Source of the DNA: Escherichia phage vB_EcoM_DE17
Direction: 5' to 3' (one strand)
Sequence record: OP595146.1
DNA: 64,000 nucleotides
Part shown: one piece after another, positions 26,363-36,573 of the stretch
Position numbering within the stretch: position 1 is the first letter of the stretch
Layout of the letters: every line of letters begins with the position of its first letter
Program-made: the position numbers and the translations under genes
The notes under the pieces: model-generated
Told to the model about the DNA's origin: nothing
What the model saw: the letters and a program-made list of their open reading frames with translations, nothing else
The model's database searches: none

Positions 26363-26691
26363 GACTCACCTCTCATATTTTTGTAAAGGATAAAGCTTCT
26401 GTCATGGACGACACTTGTAGACACTGCAAAGTTACTTTCAAGCATCTGTTTGTTTGGATTGTAGAAGCTCTCTTTAAACTCGTCAAGTGCAAATTGGTGA
26501 TTGTCTGGAAGACCTTTTACACACACCTTTATTGTGATTGCTGCTGCAATCTTCCCAGTCAGTTCTTCTTTAGCTGCTACTAAGATTTTGTTGAGGAACT
26601 TATGACCATTTTCAGGCTTCTTGATGTTCTCCCAACGCTCTTCTAAGACAATATTGATGTTCATCTCTTTGATTTTCATAATTTTCACCAA
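26344..26691 (-). CDS. hypothetical protein
   Basis: 115-aa ORF. Confidence 0.55.
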   Translation of the reverse strand: MVKIMKIKEMNINIVLEERWENIKKPENGHKFLNKILVAAKEELTGKIAAAITIKVCVKGLPDNHQFALDEFKESFYNPNKQMLESNFAVSTSVVHDRSFILYKNMRGESCKHIG

Positions 26692-27029
26692 GTCCAGTTA
26701 ACGAGTATGCCATCGAAACCTTTTACTAAAGGTACACCCTCATGTTCATAAAATTCAGGATTAACTTCGAATCCACGATTTTCAATATACTCTATCATGT
26801 ATTTCATTACAAAGCTAATCTCTTCGTAGTCATCTGGGTCTCTGCCAAAGAACTGTTCTATGACAAACATACCCTCTTTTGTAGCAAATTGGCAGTGGTG
26901 ATTGTAGATACCTTCACAAAACTTTTCAAACTTTTCTTTACCGAGAACTTCAAGGATGTCTGTATAGGCAACTTGTAAGTATTTCGGTTGTACAGGTTTC
27001 TTATTAAACCATATGGAAAGGTTGTCCAT
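26685..27029 (-). CDS. hypothetical protein
   Basis: 114-aa ORF. Confidence 0.55.
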   Translation of the reverse strand: MDNLSIWFNKKPVQPKYLQVAYTDILEVLGKEKFEKFCEGIYNHHCQFATKEGMFVIEQFFGRDPDDYEEISFVMKYMIEYIENRGFEVNPEFYEHEGVPLVKGFDGILVNWTW

Positions 27030-27043
27030 AGCATTCTCCAGAA

Positions 27044-27067
27044 ATTAAAAAGGCTCCCGTAGGAGCC
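27044..27067 (-). terminator. rho-independent terminator (minus strand)
   Basis: GGCTCC-CGTA-GGAGCC hairpin with a minus-strand U-run, immediately after the NAMPT-like gene. Confidence 0.55.
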
Positions 27068-27082
27068 TCTTATCATATACTT

Positions 27083-28864
27083 TTAAAGCTGCTTGTCAAT
27101 ATTATTTCGAATATCACCAAGAGTTGTGTAGCCGAACTGCTCAGAGTCGCTAAAGACTAAACGTAAAGCACAAGCTGGATGTTCAAGTGCATCTGCAAAG
27201 CTCTGGAATCCATAGCCATCTACAGCTTTCAGATTCTCACCATCCCACATAGGGGCTACACCACCAAAAGCAGACTTCTTAACACCACTATCTGTTTTAG
27301 GGTCTTTTGCAAGCATAATCTCTTTACCACCAATTCTTGCAAGAGTTGCTTTGACAGCAAATGCAAAGGTGTCACGAGTCATGTACTGGTAAGTGTAAGA
27401 ACCTACACCAAACACTACGTTAGAGCTTGCAAAACCCATTTCATACAAACGCTTAAGGATTTCGTTTGCGCGTTCCAACGTGATAGAGTCACCATAAATA
27501 AGTCCGATATGCTCATCCAGTACTTTAAAACCTTTAGAGTTGATAGTTCCTCCAAAGATGTTATACAGTGTCTTGATAGCTCCATCAATCTCCGCTACAG
27601 GACGTGTTACAACGTTTGCAGAACCAACCATATAAGCATTTTTCAACAGCACTGTATCAGCAACTTCAAAGTCTTCTCTGTCAACAACCATTTCGTAACC
27701 TTCTGACAGTAGCCATCCAGCAATACCATAATTGATGTTTTCAAGCTTCATGTTCAGAACAGCATTCAGCATTGTGTCGCTGGCTTCCAGCTTACTTAGG
27801 TGTTCGTAATAAGCCTTTTTAGCACACTCTAAATGGATTGCTTTGTATCCTGTGACAATATGTACAGGGTCTCCAGAATCAGGACGAATTACCAGTTTGC
27901 CATCACGTTCCATAATCTCTTTACGGAGTTCTGGCAATATGACTGATACAGTTCTCCAGAAGTTATAAGTATCTGAAACAACACTTGCAATACCAGTTGG
28001 GTAAGTTTTTGTTAAGAAACGACGGAAGGTTTGTAACTCACCTTTAAAGCGTCTTTCTTCTTCAATCAACTCGTTACCACCTTCCCAAGCAATGTTTGCA
28101 CACATTACAGAATGTTCAGTGGCTGGTACAGAGCTACCAATATCAGAGATTGGGTAGGACTGTCCATAGATGCGTTTAGCTGTATACACAGCAGGGAAGC
28201 TATCAGTCCCTTTAAAGCTGGTTAAGTGACCTACAGCGTTAAATGCGTCATCAGTAAAGCCAGACATACCACGCATAGCAAAGTCATGGCACTGGTAAGG
28301 TAAATGTAAGTCGTTGTCACAAGTAAGGTCAGCCCACTTCTTACAGATACGTTTGTAGTGCAATGCAATAGTTGCAATGGTACAAGCCTTCCAAATCTCA
28401 GCAGAGAAAGCATCTTCCAGATACCCCGCTACCCAATGGAAACCTGAAACAGTGTTCTGGAAAACAATCATTGGTACACGCATAGGGACAACTGTACCTT
28501 CTTCTACAGCGTAGACTTCAACTGGTAAATAACCTAAGTCGTGGAGTGCTTCCCAATGTTCTCGACCAATAGCATCTTTACCCAGAACACCATTCATGAC
28601 TTCTAAGATTTCGTCAATTGCTTCTTTTTTGTCACGTTCAAAGAACGTAGCATTCCAATGGTCTATCAGGTAATCTTTAACAAAACGTTGAATACCAAAA
28701 GCAACTACACCATCAATTGCTAAGGGGCTGTTAAACCATTTGTCACTACGTGGTGTCAGGTTGAACATCAAGTACTCTGTTGCGCTAGGATACTGGTAGA
28801 TGTGACCAGATTTGTAAGCATCTGCGTTTAAACCTGCTGGTACTGCATAAAGTGATTTAGTCAT
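27083..28864 (-). CDS. nicotinamide phosphoribosyltransferase homolog (NadV/NAMPT family; Namat-like)
   Basis: 593 aa; N-terminal NADAYKSGH and overall length fit the NAMPT family; paired with a PRPP-synthetase homolog. Confidence 0.8.
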   Translation of the reverse strand: MTKSLYAVPAGLNADAYKSGHIYQYPSATEYLMFNLTPRSDKWFNSPLAIDGVVAFGIQRFVKDYLIDHWNATFFERDKKEAIDEILEVMNGVLGKDAIGREHWEALHDLGYLPVEVYAVEEGTVVPMRVPMIVFQNTVSGFHWVAGYLEDAFSAEIWKACTIATIALHYKRICKKWADLTCDNDLHLPYQCHDFAMRGMSGFTDDAFNAVGHLTSFKGTDSFPAVYTAKRIYGQSYPISDIGSSVPATEHSVMCANIAWEGGNELIEEERRFKGELQTFRRFLTKTYPTGIASVVSDTYNFWRTVSVILPELRKEIMERDGKLVIRPDSGDPVHIVTGYKAIHLECAKKAYYEHLSKLEASDTMLNAVLNMKLENINYGIAGWLLSEGYEMVVDREDFEVADTVLLKNAYMVGSANVVTRPVAEIDGAIKTLYNIFGGTINSKGFKVLDEHIGLIYGDSITLERANEILKRLYEMGFASSNVVFGVGSYTYQYMTRDTFAFAVKATLARIGGKEIMLAKDPKTDSGVKKSAFGGVAPMWDGENLKAVDGYGFQSFADALEHPACALRLVFSDSEQFGYTTLGDIRNNIDKQL

Positions 28865-28909
28865 CTTTTAATCTCTCTCAAAATGGGGCTTTTAAGCCCC
28901 TATAAACTT

Positions 28910-29806
28910 TCAATCAAGGTTTGCTACAGTAACTTGACTATAATGTGTTAAGCCACGGTCTTTAGCTTCGCCTAAAGAGTTTGTAGTGTAAATATGGTCG
29001 ATACCATTGTCAAGAAGGTTTTCAACATCTTTAGAGAAGATACCATGTGTTACATAAAGTTCCACACGTTTTGCACCTGCTTCACGAAGATGTTTCGCTG
29101 CTTCTATGAAGGTTCGACCACCATCACAGATATCATCCAGAATCATAACGGTTTTATCTGTCAAATCAACATCATCAAGGATTCGCATACCAGTAATTTC
29201 ACCAGTCTTAAGGTTACGCACTTTAGACATTGTGATGTATGGTTTATCCACCTCTTTAGCAGTCTCTGCAATCTTCTTAGCAGCACCTGCATCTGGGGCT
29301 ACTAAGTAATCAATCAGTGGGTCATTTGCATAGTGGACTGCAATTTCCTTTTGAGGAATACTCTGGAAGCAGTTAAACAGGTTATCTGGTACATAGCTGT
29401 GAGGGTCAACTGCACAGACTGCACCAAATCCCATTGCATTTACCTGTTTAGCAAAAACCTTTAAAGCTGCTGCGTCACCTTTAAACATGTGACGGTCATA
29501 GCGTGCATTTGGTAAGTAGTAAAAGATGACAGTCTTTAAAGCATAATCATGAGGAATTAAATCATCAATTGCTTCTTTAGCAAGTGCCACAGCAAACAAT
29601 GTATCCTTATCATAACCTTTTACAATCATAATCACATTGTTGATGGATGATGCTGCATAAGCAGTGAAATCAACAAACTCTGGCGAAAAGTGTCCACCAA
29701 TCTCACCAGAAGGAAATTGGATGATGTTAAACTCTTCTTCATGAGTTCCTTTAGTTGGTGAATGAACTGTAACACGGATAGATGTTTTCATAGTTTTCTC
29801 TCTCAA
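28910..29806 (-). CDS. ribose-phosphate pyrophosphokinase homolog (Prs family; Adps-like)
   Basis: 298 aa; FPSGE (compare Prs FSDGE), DPHSYVPDNLF (compare DLHAEQIQGFF) and the PRPP-binding loop ILDDICDGGRT. Confidence 0.75.
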   Translation of the reverse strand: MREKTMKTSIRVTVHSPTKGTHEEEFNIIQFPSGEIGGHFSPEFVDFTAYAASSINNVIMIVKGYDKDTLFAVALAKEAIDDLIPHDYALKTVIFYYLPNARYDRHMFKGDAAALKVFAKQVNAMGFGAVCAVDPHSYVPDNLFNCFQSIPQKEIAVHYANDPLIDYLVAPDAGAAKKIAETAKEVDKPYITMSKVRNLKTGEITGMRILDDVDLTDKTVMILDDICDGGRTFIEAAKHLREAGAKRVELYVTHGIFSKDVENLLDNGIDHIYTTNSLGEAKDRGLTHYSQVTVANLD

Positions 29807-30081
29807 TCAAAAGTTACGTTTGTTACTGCCATTGCAGATTTGCATTTTGCAGGGTCTACAACGTGATAAAGTACACTACAGTTACCTGTGCTGTCTGGTA
29901 CAGGTTTAACCCATTGTTGCTTGACAGTTGGTTCGCCTAAGTCTTTGTAAGAACCATCTGTAAAGTTGTTTACCATCTCAAGTGCAATTGGCTCTGGAAC
30001 ATGACCACGTATCATGTACATTTCACAGCCATTACCACCTTCACTGACTAATGGTAAAATCTCCCACTTTTCTTTAGCCAT
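29803..30081 (-). CDS. hypothetical protein
   Basis: 92-aa ORF coupled to the Prs-like gene. Confidence 0.5.
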   Translation of the reverse strand: MAKEKWEILPLVSEGGNGCEMYMIRGHVPEPIALEMVNNFTDGSYKDLGEPTVKQQWVKPVPDSTGNCSVLYHVVDPAKCKSAMAVTNVTFD

Positions 30082-30589
30082 TGTAAGTTGCCCTATAAAC
30101 TATCTCGAACTTCAACAGGAGAGATATTGCCAAATCTGTATAGTTGTTGTCAAGCACATCTGGCATATTATTTTTGATATATCTCTCTTGCTCTTCATAG
30201 GTCATCTTAGGGGTACTTAAAAGACTATCTCCTTGCTTCTGGTTATCAGCTTTAGTCTGAATAAACCAGTTTGCACAGTGATGTTCGCCACCTTTTGTAA
30301 CAGGTTTGTGGTGGCCTAATGTGAAGGATTGACTGCCTGTGTATCTGCAAAGTTTATTGAGTACTGTAATGGTGTTCTTCACAACAAAGCATTCATATAG
30401 GTTGTCTATGGTGTAGTGTGGGTAATATCGAAATAATGCTCTTTCACGAGTACTCTCACGATTCCAGAGAATCATGTGGTTGGAGTTGGAAGGGTCGTAT
30501 TGGTGGGAGTCAATGAACTCTTGACGTTCCTCAAAACTGAGTCTTAACACTGACATTGCAGCAGAACGTTTCAGATTTGACAGATACAT
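30074..30589 (-). CDS. putative HNH-family endonuclease
   Basis: 171 aa; GHHKPVTKGGEHHCANW resembles the HNH H-H...GG...N core. Motif-only. Confidence 0.35.
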   Translation of the reverse strand: MYLSNLKRSAAMSVLRLSFEERQEFIDSHQYDPSNSNHMILWNRESTRERALFRYYPHYTIDNLYECFVVKNTITVLNKLCRYTGSQSFTLGHHKPVTKGGEHHCANWFIQTKADNQKQGDSLLSTPKMTYEEQERYIKNNMPDVLDNNYTDLAISLLLKFEIVYRATYNG

Positions 30590-30640
30590 ATTATCTCCAA
30601 AATAAAAAGGGAACCTTTACAGTTCCCTTATAGTATCTGC

Positions 30641-30961
30641 TTACTGAGCTACTTTCAAGATTCTTGTGAATGGAATTTCACTTTCTTCCATTAACTCTTT
30701 AGTTTCTTTGGTAACTTTCACAAAGTTATCTAGGCAGATAATCTTCTTATCTTTCTTACTATAGGTTAATTTAACCTTTTCAATATCTTTCTCAGAGCTT
30801 TTCTCTTCATTGAAGAGTTTTACAGCCTCTTTGAATGGGAGATATGAGCCATCATTATCACTAATGAATCCTGTACCACAATAGTAGGAGTTATGTTCTC
30901 TAGCCATAAACTGGCACAGTAAGAAAATCTGTAATTTACGAGTGTTATAAACTTTGCTCAT
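30641..30961 (-). CDS. hypothetical protein
   Basis: 106-aa ORF. Confidence 0.5.
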   Translation of the reverse strand: MSKVYNTRKLQIFLLCQFMAREHNSYYCGTGFISDNDGSYLPFKEAVKLFNEEKSSEKDIEKVKLTYSKKDKKIICLDNFVKVTKETKELMEESEIPFTRILKVAQ

Positions 30962-30963
30962 GA

Positions 30964-31248
30964 TTATTTAGCCTTCTTATTACGTTTACGGTTACGAGCT
31001 TTCTTAGCTGCTCGTTTAATAGCTGCTGCACCAGACGGACGGTGGGCTTGTTTCTTACCACCTTTGCCACGGCCTACATAGATGTAAGGTTGCTGTTCAA
31101 TTTGGCTTGTAAGAACCTGTGCAACCGCTGAAGCATCTACACCGACCTGCTTTCCAGTCATAGAAACAATGGCTGCTGCTTTTGCCAGTGCCTTCAAGAA
31201 TCCAGCTTTCATATTACCTAAAATTCCCATTTTTAGTCTCTCTCTCAT
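30964..31248 (-). CDS. hypothetical protein with basic C-terminal tail
   Basis: 94-aa ORF ending in a K/R-rich tail. Confidence 0.5.
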   Translation of the reverse strand: MRERLKMGILGNMKAGFLKALAKAAAIVSMTGKQVGVDASAVAQVLTSQIEQQPYIYVGRGKGGKKQAHRPSGAAAIKRAAKKARNRKRNKKAK

Positions 31249-31328
31249 TAAAGTTTAATACAGAACTTATGAAGTTCTTCTTCAGTGATACCAATTGGAG
31301 TTATACCTTAGTCCATTTGCCAGAATAA

Positions 31329-31814
31329 TCACTCTGCTCTCCACTGACAATCACCTTGCCACCCATACTCTTTTCTCCAGAGGTTTTGATTATCAGAACC
31401 ACGATACGGTTTAACTGTTGGTTTAGATGAATCATACTTACCATCAATCACCACGTCAACATATTTCATCACATCTAGGTGAATTTTTTCGTGTAACTGA
31501 AAACCTGTCCAGAGCCAGATAGACTTCTCTGGATAAACAGTTTTAATACGTTTGCATATGTTGGTAACCTCTTGAATATTTCTATCATCCAGAGGTTCTC
31601 CACCAAGTATTGACAACCCACTGATGGCCTCATCACCCATTAAATTAATAATGCCGTAAAGGTTTGCATAAGTAAACTCTTTACCAGCATTAAACTTCCA
31701 AGACTCCCTGTTAAAGCAGCCTTCACAGTGATGTTTACAGCCAGCTACGAAGAGGCTTACCCGAACCCCTTCACCATTAGCTGTGTCAAATGGTCGAATC
31801 TCCATGTAATTCAT
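31329..31814 (-). CDS. nrdG: anaerobic ribonucleotide reductase activating protein
   Basis: 161 aa; radical-SAM CxxxCxxC (CKHHCEGC) near the N-terminus; next to nrdD. Confidence 0.8.
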   Translation of the reverse strand: MNYMEIRPFDTANGEGVRVSLFVAGCKHHCEGCFNRESWKFNAGKEFTYANLYGIINLMGDEAISGLSILGGEPLDDRNIQEVTNICKRIKTVYPEKSIWLWTGFQLHEKIHLDVMKYVDVVIDGKYDSSKPTVKPYRGSDNQNLWRKEYGWQGDCQWRAE

Positions 31815-31823
31815 CTAGTTACC

Positions 31824-32123
31824 TCACCAATACATATAAGTGTTCTTAGCGGCTTTCTTTGGAGACTTGCTATCAATATCAAAATCTTCATCTAAGAAGG
31901 ATGTCTTAGAAAGCTGCCTTATTTGTGTTCTTGTAAGACGTTTAGTGGCCTTCTTAATCTCTCTACAAGGCTGACTTGTAAAGTCATAAGAGCCACCTTT
32001 TCTGGACATCATATCAGAATGGAAGTAGACATCTAAAGCATTTTCTCTGTTACGTACCTCATTTCTCCACTCATAAAGTCCATGAACGTTCTTTAAACCT
32101 TTTCTTCGAATTGTTTTACTCAT
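31824..32123 (-). CDS. hypothetical protein
   Basis: 99-aa ORF. Confidence 0.5.
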   Translation of the reverse strand: MSKTIRRKGLKNVHGLYEWRNEVRNRENALDVYFHSDMMSRKGGSYDFTSQPCREIKKATKRLTRTQIRQLSKTSFLDEDFDIDSKSPKKAAKNTYMYW

Positions 32124-32515
32124 TCAAACACCACCTGACAAGGAACCTGTTTAGTAATAAATTCTTCACAGTGCTCTTTAATGAAGTTTTGTAATGGTAC
32201 ACAATCTTGTGCGCAAGTCATTAGCATAATGTACTCTGGATTCATGATGTTTTCAAGACTGTAGAAGACAACATCATCAGATAGTTCGTGACCATCTTCT
32301 TCAGACCAAGTTCCAGTGACTACAGCTAATTTGTCAAGCAATTCATTAGGCAATGCTACACTATCTTCTACAGAATCACTTAGAACATTGTCGCCGATAT
32401 ACAATGTGAAGACCGTGTGGAATGTTGAGTATCTTACGTGATTCTTTTCACAAGAGCCACACTCTGAGGCATAATCTTTAATCCACTCTAACTGTTTTTG
32501 GCTCAACTTAATCAT
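32120..32515 (-). CDS. hypothetical protein
   Basis: 131-aa ORF. Confidence 0.5.
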   Translation of the reverse strand: MIKLSQKQLEWIKDYASECGSCEKNHVRYSTFHTVFTLYIGDNVLSDSVEDSVALPNELLDKLAVVTGTWSEEDGHELSDDVVFYSLENIMNPEYIMLMTCAQDCVPLQNFIKEHCEEFITKQVPCQVVFE

Positions 32516-32712
32516 AATTTCACCTTAGTCGGTAATGCACTGAATGCTATAGATAACCCTAAAAATGGTTTGAAGCATGACCATAAATCCATCTGACCAT
32601 GATATGAGAAACCCCATTGTGGGTCTGAAAAACCCCATACCATAACACTAACCCCAAAGAAGAAGACTAGAATATGGAGTATGTATATCAACGCTTTTGA
32701 TATCTTAAACAT
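32512..32712 (-). CDS. hypothetical small membrane protein
   Basis: 66 aa, mostly hydrophobic. Confidence 0.45.
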   Translation of the reverse strand: MFKISKALIYILHILVFFFGVSVMVWGFSDPQWGFSYHGQMDLWSCFKPFLGLSIAFSALPTKVKL

Positions 32713-32865
32713 TTTAACTTACCTTTCAATTCACAATAAGAGAGTCCTAAAAAGAACCCTAGTAAGACAGAACCTATGAACAACCCAATAATACTCTCTG
32801 CCATATCTAACATCCAATAAAAAGGTGATGTAAGCCTACCAAGACCCACATCACCTTGTCAAGTT

Positions 32866-35010
32866 TTACATAGAGACTCTATCACGAATCTCAGCGATTT
32901 TTGCATCGTTCATTCGGGATTCACCTTTAATCTTAGTCCATCCAAGATACCCACACACCCTGTTAATCACAGAGATATCATGTGAATGGCAAACCTCACA
33001 TTCTTCAACATCAGCCTTTGGTCTGTTACCACAATGTTCACAGATTGCTAAGTCAAAGTTAAGCCCCTGATAGAAACCTTTCAACATCCCTCTGGTAATA
33101 CAACTTTTAAGTGCTGTTAAGTTTTCTGGATTAGCTACCCTTACATACTGGATTCTGCCACCTCTACAGATATGGAAGAATGGCTCTTCTAAGTCCTGCT
33201 TCTCAAATGGTGAGATGTCTGCTGCAACATTCATATGAAAACTATTTGTGAAGTATTCCTTGTCAGAAACACCTTTAATAACGCCAAACATATCTCTGAA
33301 CTGTTTTAACTGAGTTCCGCAAAGTGATTCTGCTGGAGTACCATAGACGGCATATAAGAAGCCATCTTCATTTTTAAACTCTTCAGTTTTCATGTTGATG
33401 TATGCCAGAACATCGTATGCAAAACTACAGCTTCCAACTTCATGAAGTCGTTTACCTTCAGCAAGAACAGATAGCTCATCAAGCGCGGTAACCCCAAAAG
33501 AAGCTGTGAAGGACTTCACGATATCCCAGCCAACCTTGTCAGTAGGTTTCTTATTCCCTTTGTACAGACCACCTTGTGTGAATGCAAGAGGGTTAGAACT
33601 TGCTGGCATATTAGCAATCATTTCGTAACGTTTCTTGTGGAAGCTGCGAATCATCTCTAGGTACTTATCAAGCTCTTTCCAGAAATCTAAGCCATTCTCT
33701 TTAGAATACTGGTAAATCATTGGTAAGTTCAAAGATACAGCACCAATGTTAGCACGACCAACATAGAACTCTTCCCCATTCTCATTAAAATATGGAGATA
33801 AGAAGGCTCTGCAACCCATCGGTGAAATTACCTTGCCAGAACGCTCAAAAGCTTCTGCTACAGCACCATGACCAGATACGCTTAAGAAATCTGGATACAT
33901 CGCTTTAGAGCAACACTCAATAGCTTTACTGTACAGGTGTCCTTGACAGATATTTTCATCATGTCTCTTCTGGTCATAGATATAAACCAGCTTAGGAAAT
34001 ACAACAGGTTTTTTACTCTTACCTTGTCCATTCATACGAACATCTAGGAGAGTACTTGCAATCATGTATTGTAGTCGGTTGTCTTCATTAGACATGTCTG
34101 AGTCAAGCAAACCAAATGTTAAAGTTGTGAATGCAAAATCACCACGGCTGCAAGGTACAGTATTTAGTTTCATCTCTAGTGACTGGAAGCCTTGAGTTAA
34201 TTCAATCTGTAGCTGCTCCATGACATAGTTATGGTAATGTTCTTTAGGAATACCGTAAGATGCTGCTTTCTCAGCATGATAGCGTAGAGACTTCTTAGCA
34301 TACGGTACAAGTGCCTTATCAATCTCTGCTAAAGTAAATCCACCAAATTGCTGTGCAGTTGCTGAAAGAACTACATCACCGATAACTTGTAAGGCTGACA
34401 GTACAGACTTCGGTTCACAGTATTCGATGCCAGACATTTCAAAGCCACCTTTCAGTACTTTACCAATGTCGAACAGGCAACAGTTAATCCCACCAAAAAT
34501 TAGGTCTCTTAAGTCATGGATGTAGATAAACCCTTTTTCAATGGCTTCGAGTTCCTCTGGTGTTAAATGGTACTGTTTAAAGATTTCTTTAGTCAGATAA
34601 CCACGAATAATTGAACCTTTTGTAGAAATTAAACTACTGTCAAAGTTAGCATTTTCACGGTCACCTAAGAAGAGTGTGTCTCTGGTCTTTTGGTAAAGCT
34701 CATCCCAATTTTGAGCAACCTCTTTACGGTAATTTCTGTATGTTGAGTAAGACTCATAAATCTCGTGATTGACTTCTGCCAAAGCACCCTCAACAATGCT
34801 GTGGATATCATTTACCGAGATAAGCAAATTACCCTGCTTAGTGGACTTTACCAGAATCCTCATAAATGCTGACTCAAGAGCTTGGGTAACATCTGGTGGC
34901 AGTTCTTTATATCCAACCCTGTTAGCTGACTTTGTCACTGCCGCTAAAACTTTTTTGATATCAGGTTCTTCAAGTGAGCCATTCTTTTTAATAATCTGTA
35001 CTTTGTTCAT
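32866..35010 (-). CDS. nrdD: anaerobic ribonucleoside-triphosphate reductase
   Basis: 714 aa; C-terminal glycyl-radical motif RVCGY and a preceding Cys-rich zinc ribbon (CEHCGN...CEVCH). Confidence 0.9.
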   Translation of the reverse strand: MNKVQIIKKNGSLEEPDIKKVLAAVTKSANRVGYKELPPDVTQALESAFMRILVKSTKQGNLLISVNDIHSIVEGALAEVNHEIYESYSTYRNYRKEVAQNWDELYQKTRDTLFLGDRENANFDSSLISTKGSIIRGYLTKEIFKQYHLTPEELEAIEKGFIYIHDLRDLIFGGINCCLFDIGKVLKGGFEMSGIEYCEPKSVLSALQVIGDVVLSATAQQFGGFTLAEIDKALVPYAKKSLRYHAEKAASYGIPKEHYHNYVMEQLQIELTQGFQSLEMKLNTVPCSRGDFAFTTLTFGLLDSDMSNEDNRLQYMIASTLLDVRMNGQGKSKKPVVFPKLVYIYDQKRHDENICQGHLYSKAIECCSKAMYPDFLSVSGHGAVAEAFERSGKVISPMGCRAFLSPYFNENGEEFYVGRANIGAVSLNLPMIYQYSKENGLDFWKELDKYLEMIRSFHKKRYEMIANMPASSNPLAFTQGGLYKGNKKPTDKVGWDIVKSFTASFGVTALDELSVLAEGKRLHEVGSCSFAYDVLAYINMKTEEFKNEDGFLYAVYGTPAESLCGTQLKQFRDMFGVIKGVSDKEYFTNSFHMNVAADISPFEKQDLEEPFFHICRGGRIQYVRVANPENLTALKSCITRGMLKGFYQGLNFDLAICEHCGNRPKADVEECEVCHSHDISVINRVCGYLGWTKIKGESRMNDAKIAEIRDRVSM

Positions 35011-35029
35011 TATTGCCCCTTTACATGCT

Positions 35030-35050
35030 AAAAAGGTCTCCGAAGAGACC
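35030..35050 (-). terminator. terminator/attenuator hairpin upstream of nrdD
   Basis: GGTCTC-CGAA-GAGACC hairpin with flanking A/T runs. Confidence 0.45.
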
Positions 35051-35058
35051 CTTTCATT

Positions 35059-35265
35059 TTAAATCTTTTTAGAAAACTTCGAAACGAGTTTTCTTAGTTT
35101 TTCAGTGATACCTAGCTGTATCTCTAATATTTCAAAGATAACCCATAGTAACATGGCTCCAAACAATGAACCTTGTTCAAAATCAGTAAATAGGTTAACA
35201 ACAAGCATACCAATCACAATGGCTGGTGCATCAACAACCAAGCCTTCCCAAAGGCGTTTAAGCAT
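35059..35265 (-). CDS. hypothetical small membrane protein
   Basis: 68 aa, hydrophobic core. Confidence 0.45.
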   Translation of the reverse strand: MLKRLWEGLVVDAPAIVIGMLVVNLFTDFEQGSLFGAMLLWVIFEILEIQLGITEKLRKLVSKFSKKI

Positions 35266-35500
35266 TATTCACCTCTGCCATAAAATTCTGTAGCGTTCCA
35301 ACAGGTTTTAGGTTTTGTCCATCAGTTTTCATGATGAATGGCATCTGACGAACTGGCATCTGTGCAATATCCATCAGGTCTGACAGTTCATAATCCTGCC
35401 CTAACATTCTCACAACATGGTCAATACCACGAGCTTTTGCAAAATTCTTTGCAGTCTCACACTGAGGGCATCCAGTTTTGGAGTAAATTACATAAGTCAT
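35258..35500 (-). CDS. glutaredoxin/NrdH-like redoxin
   Basis: 80 aa with CPQC active-site motif; between RNR genes. Confidence 0.75.
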   Translation of the reverse strand: MTYVIYSKTGCPQCETAKNFAKARGIDHVVRMLGQDYELSDLMDIAQMPVRQMPFIMKTDGQNLKPVGTLQNFMAEVNNA

Positions 35501-36573
35501 TAAGGAACCTCTAAAAATCCACTATTCAAATCATCTACAACAGTATTCAACAGGTACGCACCATTCTGTTGCTCCTGATTAGCATTCTGCTCTTTATCAA
35601 TTTCCATCTTCTTAATCATATACTTCAAAGGTGGTTCTTTAGGAGCTATAAAATCTCTGGGAATGCCAAACATATCATACAGTGGGGCAGCATTATAGTA
35701 AACCCACTCATGAAGAAGCTTTGTATTTAAGCCAACTACAGCACGTCCTTCGGAGAAGATATAATACGACCATTTCTCTTCACTTTCAACTACTTCATCT
35801 AAGATTACTTTAATCTCTGGAAGGATTTGTTGAAAAGCTTTCTGCCACTCATCATCTCTTAAAGTTTCTTTTAAAACTTCAATATCAATTTTAGTGTGAA
35901 GGATTTCGTCAAGCATAATTTTCTGGACAGCTTGAGCAATACCTTGAAATTTATCTTGGGCATCAAGTGCAAAAGTACATGCAAAAGATGCCATAAAAGA
36001 AATACCTTCAAGTGCAGTCACTGCAAATAGACCTTTTAGAATCACTTTATGGAAGTGTAAAGGGTCTTTGTCCAGAAGTGAGTCACGCACATAACTCAGA
36101 CGATAGTTTATACCTTCATCCAGTAATTCTTCAAGGACACGATTCACAGTTTTTAATCGGTCTTGTACAGCAACATTCTGGTTAATCTCATCTAAGATTG
36201 TTTCAGGGTTTTTAATACATTGTCTTACAATCTCTGAGTAAGTAAGAGCGTGTAGGTTTTCAATCTCAGACTGCTTCATAATTGCAGTTGCATAGATGTC
36301 ATCAGAGATGAAGGGTGCAAAGGCAAATGCCAAGCTCTTAGCAACTTGAGTGTCTGCCTCCCACTGCCACTTAAGAATCTCAAGCATTACACCTGACATT
36401 GATGCTGGGACACTCTCAAAATCAAGACGTGATTGTTCAAAAGGGAACTCATCTTCTGACCAGTCTTGTGCTTTTTGTTGTTTATAAAGTTCGAAGATTT
36501 TTGGGTAGTGCTTATTAAGTGAGTCAAAAGTTTTTCTCTCACCACCTAAAAAGATTGGGTGCTGGTTAATCAT
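35500..36573 (-). CDS. nrdB: ribonucleotide reductase small subunit
   Basis: Ferritin-like di-iron subunit pattern; start moved to MINQHPIF (ATGA overlap with the upstream stop) rather than the longest ORF. Confidence 0.8.
   Translation of the reverse strand: MINQHPIFLGGERKTFDSLNKHYPKIFELYKQQKAQDWSEDEFPFEQSRLDFESVPASMSGVMLEILKWQWEADTQVAKSLAFAFAPFISDDIYATAIMKQSEIENLHALTYSEIVRQCIKNPETILDEINQNVAVQDRLKTVNRVLEELLDEGINYRLSYVRDSLLDKDPLHFHKVILKGLFAVTALEGISFMASFACTFALDAQDKFQGIAQAVQKIMLDEILHTKIDIEVLKETLRDDEWQKAFQQILPEIKVILDEVVESEEKWSYYIFSEGRAVVGLNTKLLHEWVYYNAAPLYDMFGIPRDFIAPKEPPLKYMIKKMEIDKEQNANQEQQNGAYLLNTVVDDLNSGFLEVP

Noticed and set aside
27179-27706. 175-aa plus-strand ORF
   Set aside because: Antisense to the NAMPT-like gene; no RBS or motif.
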